The position numbers and the translations under genes are program-made. DNA of 64,000 nucleotides from Aulosira sp. ZfuVER01 (GTDB taxonomy: Bacteria > Cyanobacteriota > Cyanobacteriia > Cyanobacteriales > Nostocaceae), in assembly GCA_034530615.2 (NCBI GenBank), contig JAVRCV020000063.1, positions 8,976 through 72,975 on the forward strand, written 5' to 3'. Shown here in pieces: positions 53,114-61,354 of the stretch; the first letter of the stretch is position 1, and each line of letters starts with the position of its first letter. Under the pieces are notes generated by a model that saw only the letters and a program-made list of their open reading frames with translations, made no database searches and had not been told where the DNA came from.

Positions 53114-53281
53114 TAGGCTTCTTGCACGAATGTTGAAAACAAGAATTTTTTATCTCACGCAGAGAAGCCACTGCGTTGGGCGGGTTTCCCGACTTGAAGC
53201 AAGTGGCGCGCGCAGAGGCGCAGAGAGTTACAGAGAAATAAACTGTTTAGTAGCCATGAAATGATTTATGCAAGAGGTCTA
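53114..53281. mobile_element. MITE-like element with imperfect 13-bp terminal inverted repeats
   Basis: TAGGCTTCTTGCA...TGCAAGAGGTCTA (11/13), TA at both ends, non-coding, contains a 44-nt hairpin repeat. Confidence 0.55.
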
Positions 53282-53312
53282 ATAATTTTTGATTTTCAAT
53301 TTTTATTGCTGT

Positions 53313-54083
53313 TTAGTTAGAACTGAATAATCGCAGACGAGCAAAGTTAAAGGGGGCAGTGAAGTTGTTGTAGCGAATTCGCAAACGTTCTTCAAATTGA
53401 CGATCGAGTGCTTCAACCTGTTCGCTAAATTGTGATTCTGCTTCCCAAGGAATTAGGTAGGCTGCGTTGTAAATCATTGTGTCCATTTGGGGGCTATTTT
53501 CCACCACATCGATCGCAATTGAGTTGAGCGTGCCTTGAAATAAATTTATGATGCCTTGTTTGCGATCGCTCATTCCCTGTTCGATGGCTTGTCCTATTTG
53601 GATTACCTGCTCCATATTCAGAGGTTGACCCGCTAGCTTGTCCCTTTCGGTTTTGATATCTGGATTTTCTGCTAACAATCCCTGAATTTCTGCCTCGGTA
53701 TCCCAAAAGACTTTGACACTAACTTCTCGACGGCCCGATAACTTTGCTAACAATTGCGTCAATTCTTCTTGATGAGGACGAATTAATTGTTGTGAAAACG
53801 TTTCCCAGCTTGCAACCACAAGTCCAAATTGCACGGGTAGTAAATTGCGTTGGCGTAGCCCGTCGTAGACATCGCCTCCTTGCATGATCTCCTCAAGGAC
53901 TTTCTCATGACTTAGCAGGTTACGACGGCTTGCCAAATAACGCTCCTGCTGTGCTTCGGAGTAGATGACTGCAAAACCATCCAAAATTTTAATTTGTATG
54001 GGTTGCCGATCTAAACCCTCTAAATTTAAGTTTTCTGGAGCAGGTAAGGTCAAAATGCCATAAATGTAAAAGCCATAACTCAT
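53313..54083 (-). CDS. gvpF: Gas vesicle protein GvpF
   Basis: YIYGI, RYLASRRNLLSHEKVLE, LLPVQFG and RYNNFTAPFNF. Confidence 0.9.
   Translation of the reverse strand: MSYGFYIYGILTLPAPENLNLEGLDRQPIQIKILDGFAVIYSEAQQERYLASRRNLLSHEKVLEEIMQGGDVYDGLRQRNLLPVQFGLVVASWETFSQQLIRPHQEELTQLLAKLSGRREVSVKVFWDTEAEIQGLLAENPDIKTERDKLAGQPLNMEQVIQIGQAIEQGMSDRKQGIINLFQGTLNSIAIDVVENSPQMDTMIYNAAYLIPWEAESQFSEQVEALDRQFEERLRIRYNNFTAPFNFARLRLFSSN
53850..53870. repeat. 21-nt small dispersed repeat (SDR5-like) inserted in a HIP1 site
   Basis: GCG[TTGGCGTAGCCCGTCGTAGAC]ATCGC. Confidence 0.85.
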
Positions 54084-54299
54084 AGAAATGTATTACCAAG
54101 AAGAATGTAGATGAGAAGGCAGGAGGCAGAGGGCAGAGGGCAGAAGGTTTTATTAAGAAAGGGATTCAGTTTCCTCTTGTCGGGGTTTTAAACCGCAAGT
54201 TCGCTACCCTGCGGGAACGCTACGCGAACGGTTACGGCAAAGGGCAAGATTCAGAATTCCCTTATGCCTCCTGCCTCCTGCCCTCTGCCTTTCAAAAAG

Positions 54300-54734
54300 T
54301 TACAGGGGCTTAGAGGTGAGTACTAATCTTAACTTGGCATGGACTAAGTTTAATTGAGCCAGTCCTAAGTCCAAGTCACCTTCAACCACCACACCTGTAT
54401 TTAATAGGCGATCGAGGAGTTCTAGTATAGAGGGTTGACTAGAGGTTTCACCAGGGTAGTATCCTCCAGATTGGGGAAGTAAAGTTCCCATTTCACCCAA
54501 GTTAATATTTAGATCGGCTGGATCAATATCAAATATCTCGCAAAGCTTAACAACCTGTTGTTCAAGCTTTTGCAGGCTTTCGGCAGCTCGATCTAACTCA
54601 TAGTCGTTGAGAGTGCCAGCATCCATGCGCCGAATCACTTGAGCTTCCATGAGTTGTCGTATCAGCTCAACAACCGTCAATAACAACGGTGCTAAACCTG
54701 AATCGGAACCTTTTGATTTGCTAATCGCCTGCAT
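54300..54734 (-). CDS. gvpK: Gas vesicle protein GvpK
   Basis: GLAPLLLTVVELIRQLMEAQVIRRM plus a C-terminal GvpA-like LELLDRLLNTGVV. Confidence 0.93.
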   Translation of the reverse strand: MQAISKSKGSDSGLAPLLLTVVELIRQLMEAQVIRRMDAGTLNDYELDRAAESLQKLEQQVVKLCEIFDIDPADLNINLGEMGTLLPQSGGYYPGETSSQPSILELLDRLLNTGVVVEGDLDLGLAQLNLVHAKLRLVLTSKPL

Positions 54735-55068
54735 TCTGATGATTAATAGGATTGAGTGCTTTGAGCGATCGCAGTTCTGTTTCTAGACTGGCAACACGCT
54801 CTTGAAGTTGTTGATTAGTTGTTAATAAGGAACGAGCTTGACTATTGAGGTAGGGGTCGCTCTCCCACCAGTTAATTCCAATCTCTTTGGCTTTATCAAC
54901 AGAAGAAATCAACAAGCGAATCCGAATGTTGAGCAGTTCTGTGGAGCCGACGGAAACAGAAATATCTCCTGCTATAACAATGCCTTTATCCAAAACCCGT
55001 TCGAGGATATCTGCCAAGGTAGAACCTTGAGTTGCTGTGATAACTCCCCGGTTAGTATGAGTACTCAT
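54721..55068 (-). CDS. gvpJ: Gas vesicle protein GvpJ
   Basis: [20 protein letters not shown] and GINWWESDP. Confidence 0.93.
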   Translation of the reverse strand: MSTHTNRGVITATQGSTLADILERVLDKGIVIAGDISVSVGSTELLNIRIRLLISSVDKAKEIGINWWESDPYLNSQARSLLTTNQQLQERVASLETELRSLKALNPINHQNAGD

Positions 55069-56237
55069 TTGTTTATTAAATGGCCAGAATCAAAAGCCAC
55101 TTGTGATAGGTTGGGCAGTTCGGCATTACCCTGCATTTGCAATAATACTCCCTGCTCTCTGAGAGACTTGAGTGCAGCTACAATTTGACTGCGATCGATC
55201 CCTAATTCTGCTGCCAAATCAGAGAAACGTTTTCCTGGAGACTTGCACAGGTAGTTGTAAACTTCATGCTCGTAAGGTACTCGTTGTTCTAGTGCAATCT
55301 GATTTTGGCTGTCTGGTATTATCTCTTCTGCTGGCTGAGATTGAGTATTTGTACTACGATACAATTCACTCAAAACCTCTTCCAGTAGCCGAGTCGCTTC
55401 CATACGAGTTTCATTTGTGCGAGAAAGCAGGATATCGGCACAAATATCTTGGAAGTTAGGCTCTTCAAAGTTTACGGAAATTTCGTGTTCGTGGCAGATT
55501 CTAGCAATCATCAGGCAGGAACGTAAGCCACCGCCTTGTCCAGAGCCAGAGCGACTCCAAAACATTCGCACTAAGCGCACGATTTTGTCTGCTTTCTCAG
55601 AATCTATGCCTGTTTTTTGAATTACAATCTCCTGCTGAGTTAGTTCATCAGGTGGAGGCATATCGATGGTAATAACACGATCCATCAAAGCATCCTGGGT
55701 TGCATGGACTCCACAATACTCTTGAGGGTTCGATGTTAAGATTGCCCGAAACTGAGGATGAACCCGGATATACTCGGCTCGCTGTTGGTTTGTTGGCAAG
55801 ACTAACAACCTCTCTTCAAGTACGGAAAGTAAAACGTTGTTTACCTCCGGGTGCGAGCGATTGAATTCGTCGTAAACCAGCGTAAATCCTTCTTTACAAG
55901 CTAGGGTTAATCGGGCATCAACCCAGTGTTGTCGGAGTTCATCCTCAACTTTCACAACGCTGTGGATGAAGTTATCAACAACCTTTTTGCGGGTGTAACC
56001 TAATTGATTACCAATCAAGTCTGAGGTTTTAAACTCATCATCTCCAAATAAGAGGATGATAGGCTGGTTGAGCAAATCAGCTAGATGCATTGCCAGAGTA
56101 GTTTTTCCGACTCCAGCCGCACCACGTAAATGTACTGAAAAACCTGACTGTAGATAGCGCAAAGCACGTTGAGCGATGCGTTGAATAGCAGGGGTATTGA
56201 CAAATCGCTGGGGAGATGCATTTAATACTGTTGTCAA
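55065..56237 (-). CDS. gvpN: Gas vesicle AAA+ ATPase GvpN
   Basis: [27 protein letters not shown] and QDALMDR. Confidence 0.95.
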   Translation of the reverse strand: MTTVLNASPQRFVNTPAIQRIAQRALRYLQSGFSVHLRGAAGVGKTTLAMHLADLLNQPIILLFGDDEFKTSDLIGNQLGYTRKKVVDNFIHSVVKVEDELRQHWVDARLTLACKEGFTLVYDEFNRSHPEVNNVLLSVLEERLLVLPTNQQRAEYIRVHPQFRAILTSNPQEYCGVHATQDALMDRVITIDMPPPDELTQQEIVIQKTGIDSEKADKIVRLVRMFWSRSGSGQGGGLRSCLMIARICHEHEISVNFEEPNFQDICADILLSRTNETRMEATRLLEEVLSELYRSTNTQSQPAEEIIPDSQNQIALEQRVPYEHEVYNYLCKSPGKRFSDLAAELGIDRSQIVAALKSLREQGVLLQMQGNAELPNLSQVAFDSGHLINK

Positions 56238-56449
56238 GCTCTAAGTACCTCCTAAATAGAAATTTTATAAAAAAGTAATTTTTTGTACATCGGATATATA
56301 AAATACGGATGTCAATAAGCCTTAACTGGACTCAAATCCAACGTATTTTGGCATCAACATAAGATTAATTAATGTCTAATATTGATGTCATCAGCATGAT
56401 TACGGTCTTGCGAGACAGCTTTAATAAATCTACACAAGTGTAAATTAAT

Positions 56450-56701
56450 ATGGTTCTGCGCTTTTTACTATTACCGATTACCGGTCCATTAATGGGGGTA
56501 ACGTGGCTTGGGGAAAAAATTTTAGAACAAGCAAGTACTGAAATTGATGATAAAGAAAATCTCAGCAAGCAGCTTCTTGCACTGCAACTTGCTTTCGATA
56601 TGGGAGAAATTGCTGAAGAAGAGTTTGAAATTCAGGAAGAAGCTCTTTTGTTAGCGATTCTGGAAGCAGAAGAGCAAGAACGCGATCGCACACAAGAGTA
56701 G
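56450..56701 (+). CDS. gvpG: Gas vesicle protein GvpG
   Basis: LLLPITGPLMGVTWLGEKI and LQLAFDMGEIAEEEF. Confidence 0.9.
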   Translation: MVLRFLLLPITGPLMGVTWLGEKILEQASTEIDDKENLSKQLLALQLAFDMGEIAEEEFEIQEEALLLAILEAEEQERDRTQE

Positions 56702-56837
56702 TGAAATTTTTCCTAGCTTGTGTGATTTATTGCTTTAACTAACGTGCTCCTCCGTTGGAGACCCACGTTAATTTTAAAAATGTTGTTAGCTATTATACTT
56801 AAATAAATTATGCTTCTACTATACAAGTATTAATTTA

Positions 56838-57146
56838 ATGGAAGCTTTACCCGATAATTGGGCAGATATTCAACCTGATACTGTATATCTTTCAATCAGT
56901 GGTCTGTTAGTTTCATTTGGCAGCGAACAAATAAAGCTGGGATTAAAATACGATCGTAAGGGGAAACATTTAAAAGCCATTGAGAAAGGGCTTGTACCTC
57001 CTCGCGGTAATGTTGGGTTGGTGGCTTCCCAAGAATCTGGCTATGATTTGAAATCTAAAGTCTTAGGTAAAGGTGGCGATCGCCGATTTCATGCAAAATT
57101 TATTGATGGTATATTGCACTTCCCAGGTTTGGTAACAGAACATTAA
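56838..57146 (+). CDS. Hypothetical protein (possible RelE-fold toxin)
   Basis: 102 aa, ATG start; C-terminal GDRRFHAK...LHFPGLVTEH. Confidence 0.6.
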   Translation: MEALPDNWADIQPDTVYLSISGLLVSFGSEQIKLGLKYDRKGKHLKAIEKGLVPPRGNVGLVASQESGYDLKSKVLGKGGDRRFHAKFIDGILHFPGLVTEH

Positions 57147-57158
57147 ACCCACATAACT

Positions 57159-57560
57159 ATGACAAGGCTCGAATTAAAAAATCATCCAGTTTGGCAAGAT
57201 TTAACTGAAATATTACAAAGTTTAGATGCTAATCTTCTTGTTCAGGAACATCTTGACCAGTGTGATTATAAAGTGTGTGGCTATTGGGATGAACAAGATG
57301 AATATTATGAGCAAATTACGTTACCTCGTACCCTAAAAGCCGAATTAGTTAGCAGTTCAATAGGCGTTACTCACAAAGAACGTTTTTTACAACTAAAGTT
57401 TTTGCTCATAGCTGATGCTGTTGATAATACGAAAACTGCAAGTAGCAATGCTCAAAAACTTGGTGAATTAGTTCTTGTTTATGATGAAAATCTAGAATTT
57501 ATGGATGAGAATTGGCTTTTAGATGTCGATTCTCCATTCCTTGTGAAGCGATCTGGCTAA
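57159..57560 (+). CDS. Acidic hypothetical protein
   Basis: 133 aa, 12 bp downstream of the previous gene. Confidence 0.65.
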   Translation: MTRLELKNHPVWQDLTEILQSLDANLLVQEHLDQCDYKVCGYWDEQDEYYEQITLPRTLKAELVSSSIGVTHKERFLQLKFLLIADAVDNTKTASSNAQKLGELVLVYDENLEFMDENWLLDVDSPFLVKRSG

Positions 57561-57681
57561 TGTTAAAAAATTAGCTAAATCCTTAAATTTTTTCTTAGTT
57601 TTTTATTAGCAAAATAACTTCTAATTGGGAGTGATGTAGATGCTAAAAATAGTGCAAAATATTTGGAAATAACAAAGTTTT

Positions 57682-58254
57682 ATGTTTATTAGAATATTTT
57701 TTTTAACTAAAATCGTTTTAATTAACTTGCTGATTGCTGGATGCACTAATATATATTCGCCAGGGGACGAACTATATTATGAGGAGTTAGCTGAAAAGCA
57801 AATTAAAGCTATGCTTCAGTCTCAAAGAAAGTATTTTTTAACTCACAAAATATTTTTAATAAAAAATGAAAAACTATTAAAATCAAATTCATCTCTTTTT
57901 AATACTAAAAAATGCTATGCTTACTATACTAAAACTCTTAATCAAGTTGATAGACAATTAACAGTGAATGGTATTTATAGTTATGCAATGCAGGAAGCCT
58001 GTGGTGGTAATTGGGGCATAGATCTAAGCCATTATGTTGGAGGTGTGTTTGCTATTCCTAGTATTAATAAAAGAGATATAAAATTAGTAAGTATCATTTG
58101 TAAGAGTGATGGCCCAGCATATGCACCATTGAAATATCTACCAAATTATAAGAATGGTTTAGTAGATTGTTCTCCTAAATCGTATAAAATATATTTAAAC
58201 ACTGAGTTTTTGAAAATTCAAAAAGAAGAAAGTAACGAAGATACCGTTAACTAA
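57682..58254 (+). CDS. Putative lipoprotein, type IV pilin-like G/H family
   Basis: Lipobox-like LLIAGC; SQRKYF and YVGGVF...SIICKS...C motifs; AT-rich. Confidence 0.55.
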   Translation: MFIRIFFLTKIVLINLLIAGCTNIYSPGDELYYEELAEKQIKAMLQSQRKYFLTHKIFLIKNEKLLKSNSSLFNTKKCYAYYTKTLNQVDRQLTVNGIYSYAMQEACGGNWGIDLSHYVGGVFAIPSINKRDIKLVSIICKSDGPAYAPLKYLPNYKNGLVDCSPKSYKIYLNTEFLKIQKEESNEDTVN

Positions 58255-58438
58255 TTCCGAAAATATCTAACTTAAGAGACTGAGAATCGCACTCGTTAGC
58301 TAATTGTAAGCTAGTTTCTGTAGAATCTCGGCATACCCATATAATCCGACATCAAAGGGCGATCGCACTTAAAAAAGATTTTTTAGCATACACTTTACCA
58401 AAATGGGATGGTAAATTCTGCAATACAAAGGTCAGTAG

Positions 58439-58825
58439 ATGAAGATAACTGCTCTTGAGTTGTTGCAGCGATATGCTGCTGGGGAGAGAGATTTTAGTGG
58501 GGCCAATTTGGAAGAGGCTGACTTGAGTGGAGTTAACCTGAGTGGGGCTAATTTGAGTCGAGCTAATTTGTTAGCTGCTAACTTGAGTGGAGCTAACTTG
58601 AGTGGGGCTAATCTCAGCTATGCCGAATTGAGTCTGGCTAAGTTCATTGGTACTAACTTGGAAGGAGCTAGTGTAACCAATGCTGACGCAGTTTGTGCCA
58701 GATTTGAAAATGCTAATCTCAAAGGGTCTTACCTCAGTGATTTCGGTCGGTCTCACGGAGCTTATTTTCAAAATACTATTGTAGGTAATGGCGATATTCT
58801 TGTCGAAGAGAGTATTGAAGGATGA
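58439..58825 (+). CDS. Pentapeptide-repeat protein
   Basis: ELLQRYAAGERDF followed by ANLSG repeats. Confidence 0.88.
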   Translation: MKITALELLQRYAAGERDFSGANLEEADLSGVNLSGANLSRANLLAANLSGANLSGANLSYAELSLAKFIGTNLEGASVTNADAVCARFENANLKGSYLSDFGRSHGAYFQNTIVGNGDILVEESIEG

Positions 58826-58961
58826 AAAATTCTAGGTTATTTTATCACCTTTCCTTGTGTATACAGTAGGAAAGCGTGAGTGTTTACCGAAGCGATCGCA
58901 ATTTTTCAGGTACAACCGCGCAAGGAAGTTGCGGAGAATAGGCAAGCTGAAATCTTAGTAC

Positions 58962-59246
58962 TTAGTATTCCAATGTTATGGTGTTGAATTTGGGTGTATT
59001 GTCCTCTAAGTCAGTATTTGCTTGCTGATGAGTGATGTCCTCTTCAGCGATGATTTGATTATTTAAAATAGCAAGACGCTGCTGAATCTGATGTCGGCGT
59101 GCTTCGAGTTTCTGTAGTTCCTGCTCTAAACGCTCTTTTTCCAACATCATTTTGTAAGCATTTAAGTAAACTCTTGCTTGTGAACGTTGAGGAGGCATTG
59201 AGCTAAGTTTGGCTTGAATTTGTCCGCGATTTGGAGTGCGATGCAT
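58962..59246 (-). CDS. gvpV: Gas vesicle protein GvpV-like
   Basis: KLSSMPPQRSQARVYLNAYKMMLEKERLEQEL coiled coil ending ITLEY; gvp context. Confidence 0.75.
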   Translation of the reverse strand: MHRTPNRGQIQAKLSSMPPQRSQARVYLNAYKMMLEKERLEQELQKLEARRHQIQQRLAILNNQIIAEEDITHQQANTDLEDNTPKFNTITLEY

Positions 59247-59291
59247 AATAAATTTCTCTCTGGGTATGAAAGTATTTAGTCTAATTAGCCG

Positions 59292-61175
59292 TTAAAATAA
59301 ACAGCCAGCTGCTGCTTGGATGCGTTCTAAAGGCTGAACTGAGCGAGGAAGCACTGGTAAGCGAACCGTTGTCAAACCTGGAAAATCGCAATTAATGGTT
59401 GCTGTAGAAGTAAAGCGGTTGAGAACAACGTAATTCTGGCTGACACCTATTTCTTGCAGAGATTTGAATAGGCGTTGTTGTTCGGCAAGTACGCTAGCCT
59501 GGTTAAGCGTAACCCCAATGAACTCTGCTTGTTGTGGGTCTTTTAGCACTTTTTGGGCTTTGACTACGCGCTGTCGCAAAGTTCGTAAACGCCCCATGAA
59601 CTCTGTACGACCAAGGACATTTTGATACTTGATCCAGAGTTTGAAAATCCAAGCTAGCCAGTCTGCCAGTGCAGTTGGCATTTCTAGAAAACGCAGAAGA
59701 TGACCTGTAGGAGCAGTGTCTAAAATAATCAAGTCTTCTTCTTGTTGCTCTAGCAATTCCATTACTGTTAATAGGGAAAGCATTTCATCAATACCTGGTA
59801 AAGCTTGCTCGACAATTTTGCGCCAAGCAACAGGAGCATAAGCCATTTCAATGGCTTCGCTTGTTTGGGTTTCGCCACTCATCATTTCGGCTAGTTCCCA
59901 TAGGTAATCGGCTCTGAATCGATCGAGAATGCGATCGCTATCCACTTCCTGACCTCGAAGATTGGCAGTTATTTGATATGGTTCGTGTCCAAAACTCAGA
60001 CCAAAGGCATCACCCAAGGAGTGAGCAGGATCGATGGAAACCATGCGAATTTTGCGATCGGGATGTCGTTGAGCCATAGCCCAACCAATCGCAGCTGCTA
60101 CTGTGGTCTTGCCTACTCCACCTTTACCGCCAATTAGTAACAGGCGACGACCTTGGGTGAGAAAATCTCCAAAGCTAGGAGGAATTGTTTCAGGCCATTG
60201 AACTGGGAGTAGATCGATAGGAGATGGCGGTTCAAGCTGAGGAACATGGATTTGGTCGATCAGATGGCTAAGGGCTACAATCCCTAAAGGCTCCTTATCT
60301 TGCTGTGGCACGATAAAAATCGGCTTTTCGTTAGCAAGAGCCGTATACTGACCGATCAGCGGTTGTTGTTCTTGGTAACGATCTGGGTCAGTCGCACTGG
60401 CAAGGACTTGGTTGACAAACAAGCCTCCGCAAGGAACCTGCAAGGTTTGTAGGGCTTCTAGGAATCGTTTTGACTCCAACCAACTCATTGGTTCGGTGAT
60501 CGCAACTAACAAACAAGCAGTATGCTTAGGATCTTGAAGCAGACGACGACCTTGCGACAGTTCAGCTTTCAGGGTTTGCAAAAATTCGTCAGCGCGATCG
60601 CTTGTGTAACTGCCAGCAAAGGTCTTACTAATATACCGATGCTTTTCTTGAAACAGTTCCAGAGAGTGGAGGAAAGTGTCTAAAAAATCCATCAATCCAA
60701 ACAAGTTGAGAGTATGACCGCTAGGAGCCATATCCACTACTACTCGATCTACCTGCTGTTCATTGAAAAGGCGTTGGATCTCTAACAAACCCATCAATTC
60801 GTCCAGTCCAGGCCAATTTAAATCCCAAACTGGAAGTAAATCTTCGCCTTCAACAAAACTACCCCTTTCCACTAGCAGTTCCAACACCTGACCGTAACGT
60901 TCTTTAAACTTTTGTAGCAAAAGCTTTGCATCCAACGCCCTGACTCGTAGATTGGGTAGTTCCGCTATGGGACGAGGAATATCATCAACGCTAACTTGTA
61001 AGACATCTCCAAGAGAGTGAGCCGGATCGGTTGAGATTAAAAGAATTTGCTCGTTGACAAATTTCTGCGCCCAACGATATGCAAAGGTGCAGGAGATTGT
61101 TGTTTTTCCGACTCCACCTTTGCCGCTAAACATAGCAAGGTGTAGGTTATCAAAAAGTTCCATCCCGTTTGTCAT
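59292..61175 (-). CDS. Two-domain ArsA/Get3-family ATPase
   Basis: Two GKGGVGKTT motifs, STDPAH/SIDPAH, DMAPSGH/DTAPTGH. Confidence 0.88.
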   Translation of the reverse strand: MTNGMELFDNLHLAMFSGKGGVGKTTISCTFAYRWAQKFVNEQILLISTDPAHSLGDVLQVSVDDIPRPIAELPNLRVRALDAKLLLQKFKERYGQVLELLVERGSFVEGEDLLPVWDLNWPGLDELMGLLEIQRLFNEQQVDRVVVDMAPSGHTLNLFGLMDFLDTFLHSLELFQEKHRYISKTFAGSYTSDRADEFLQTLKAELSQGRRLLQDPKHTACLLVAITEPMSWLESKRFLEALQTLQVPCGGLFVNQVLASATDPDRYQEQQPLIGQYTALANEKPIFIVPQQDKEPLGIVALSHLIDQIHVPQLEPPSPIDLLPVQWPETIPPSFGDFLTQGRRLLLIGGKGGVGKTTVAAAIGWAMAQRHPDRKIRMVSIDPAHSLGDAFGLSFGHEPYQITANLRGQEVDSDRILDRFRADYLWELAEMMSGETQTSEAIEMAYAPVAWRKIVEQALPGIDEMLSLLTVMELLEQQEEDLIILDTAPTGHLLRFLEMPTALADWLAWIFKLWIKYQNVLGRTEFMGRLRTLRQRVVKAQKVLKDPQQAEFIGVTLNQASVLAEQQRLFKSLQEIGVSQNYVVLNRFTSTATINCDFPGLTTVRLPVLPRSVQPLERIQAAAGCLF

Positions 61176-61354
61176 TTAGGGCGTTTTAGGACAAATCTAC
61201 TACATATTTTTGAAAGTGACTTAAGTAATTTTGCTGAATAAAGGTATTTATAGTAGAAGGTAATTAATTTTGTTGAAGTACTTACAAAGATTAGCCGAGG
61301 AACTATAACTGAGGGAAAGATTTAGCCAGGGGTGTCCAAAGGTAAGGAGATAAG

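Noticed and set aside
59292..61175. Arsenic-resistance arsA
   Set aside because: No ars operon context and no evident metalloid-binding Cys/His set, so no gene symbol was assigned.
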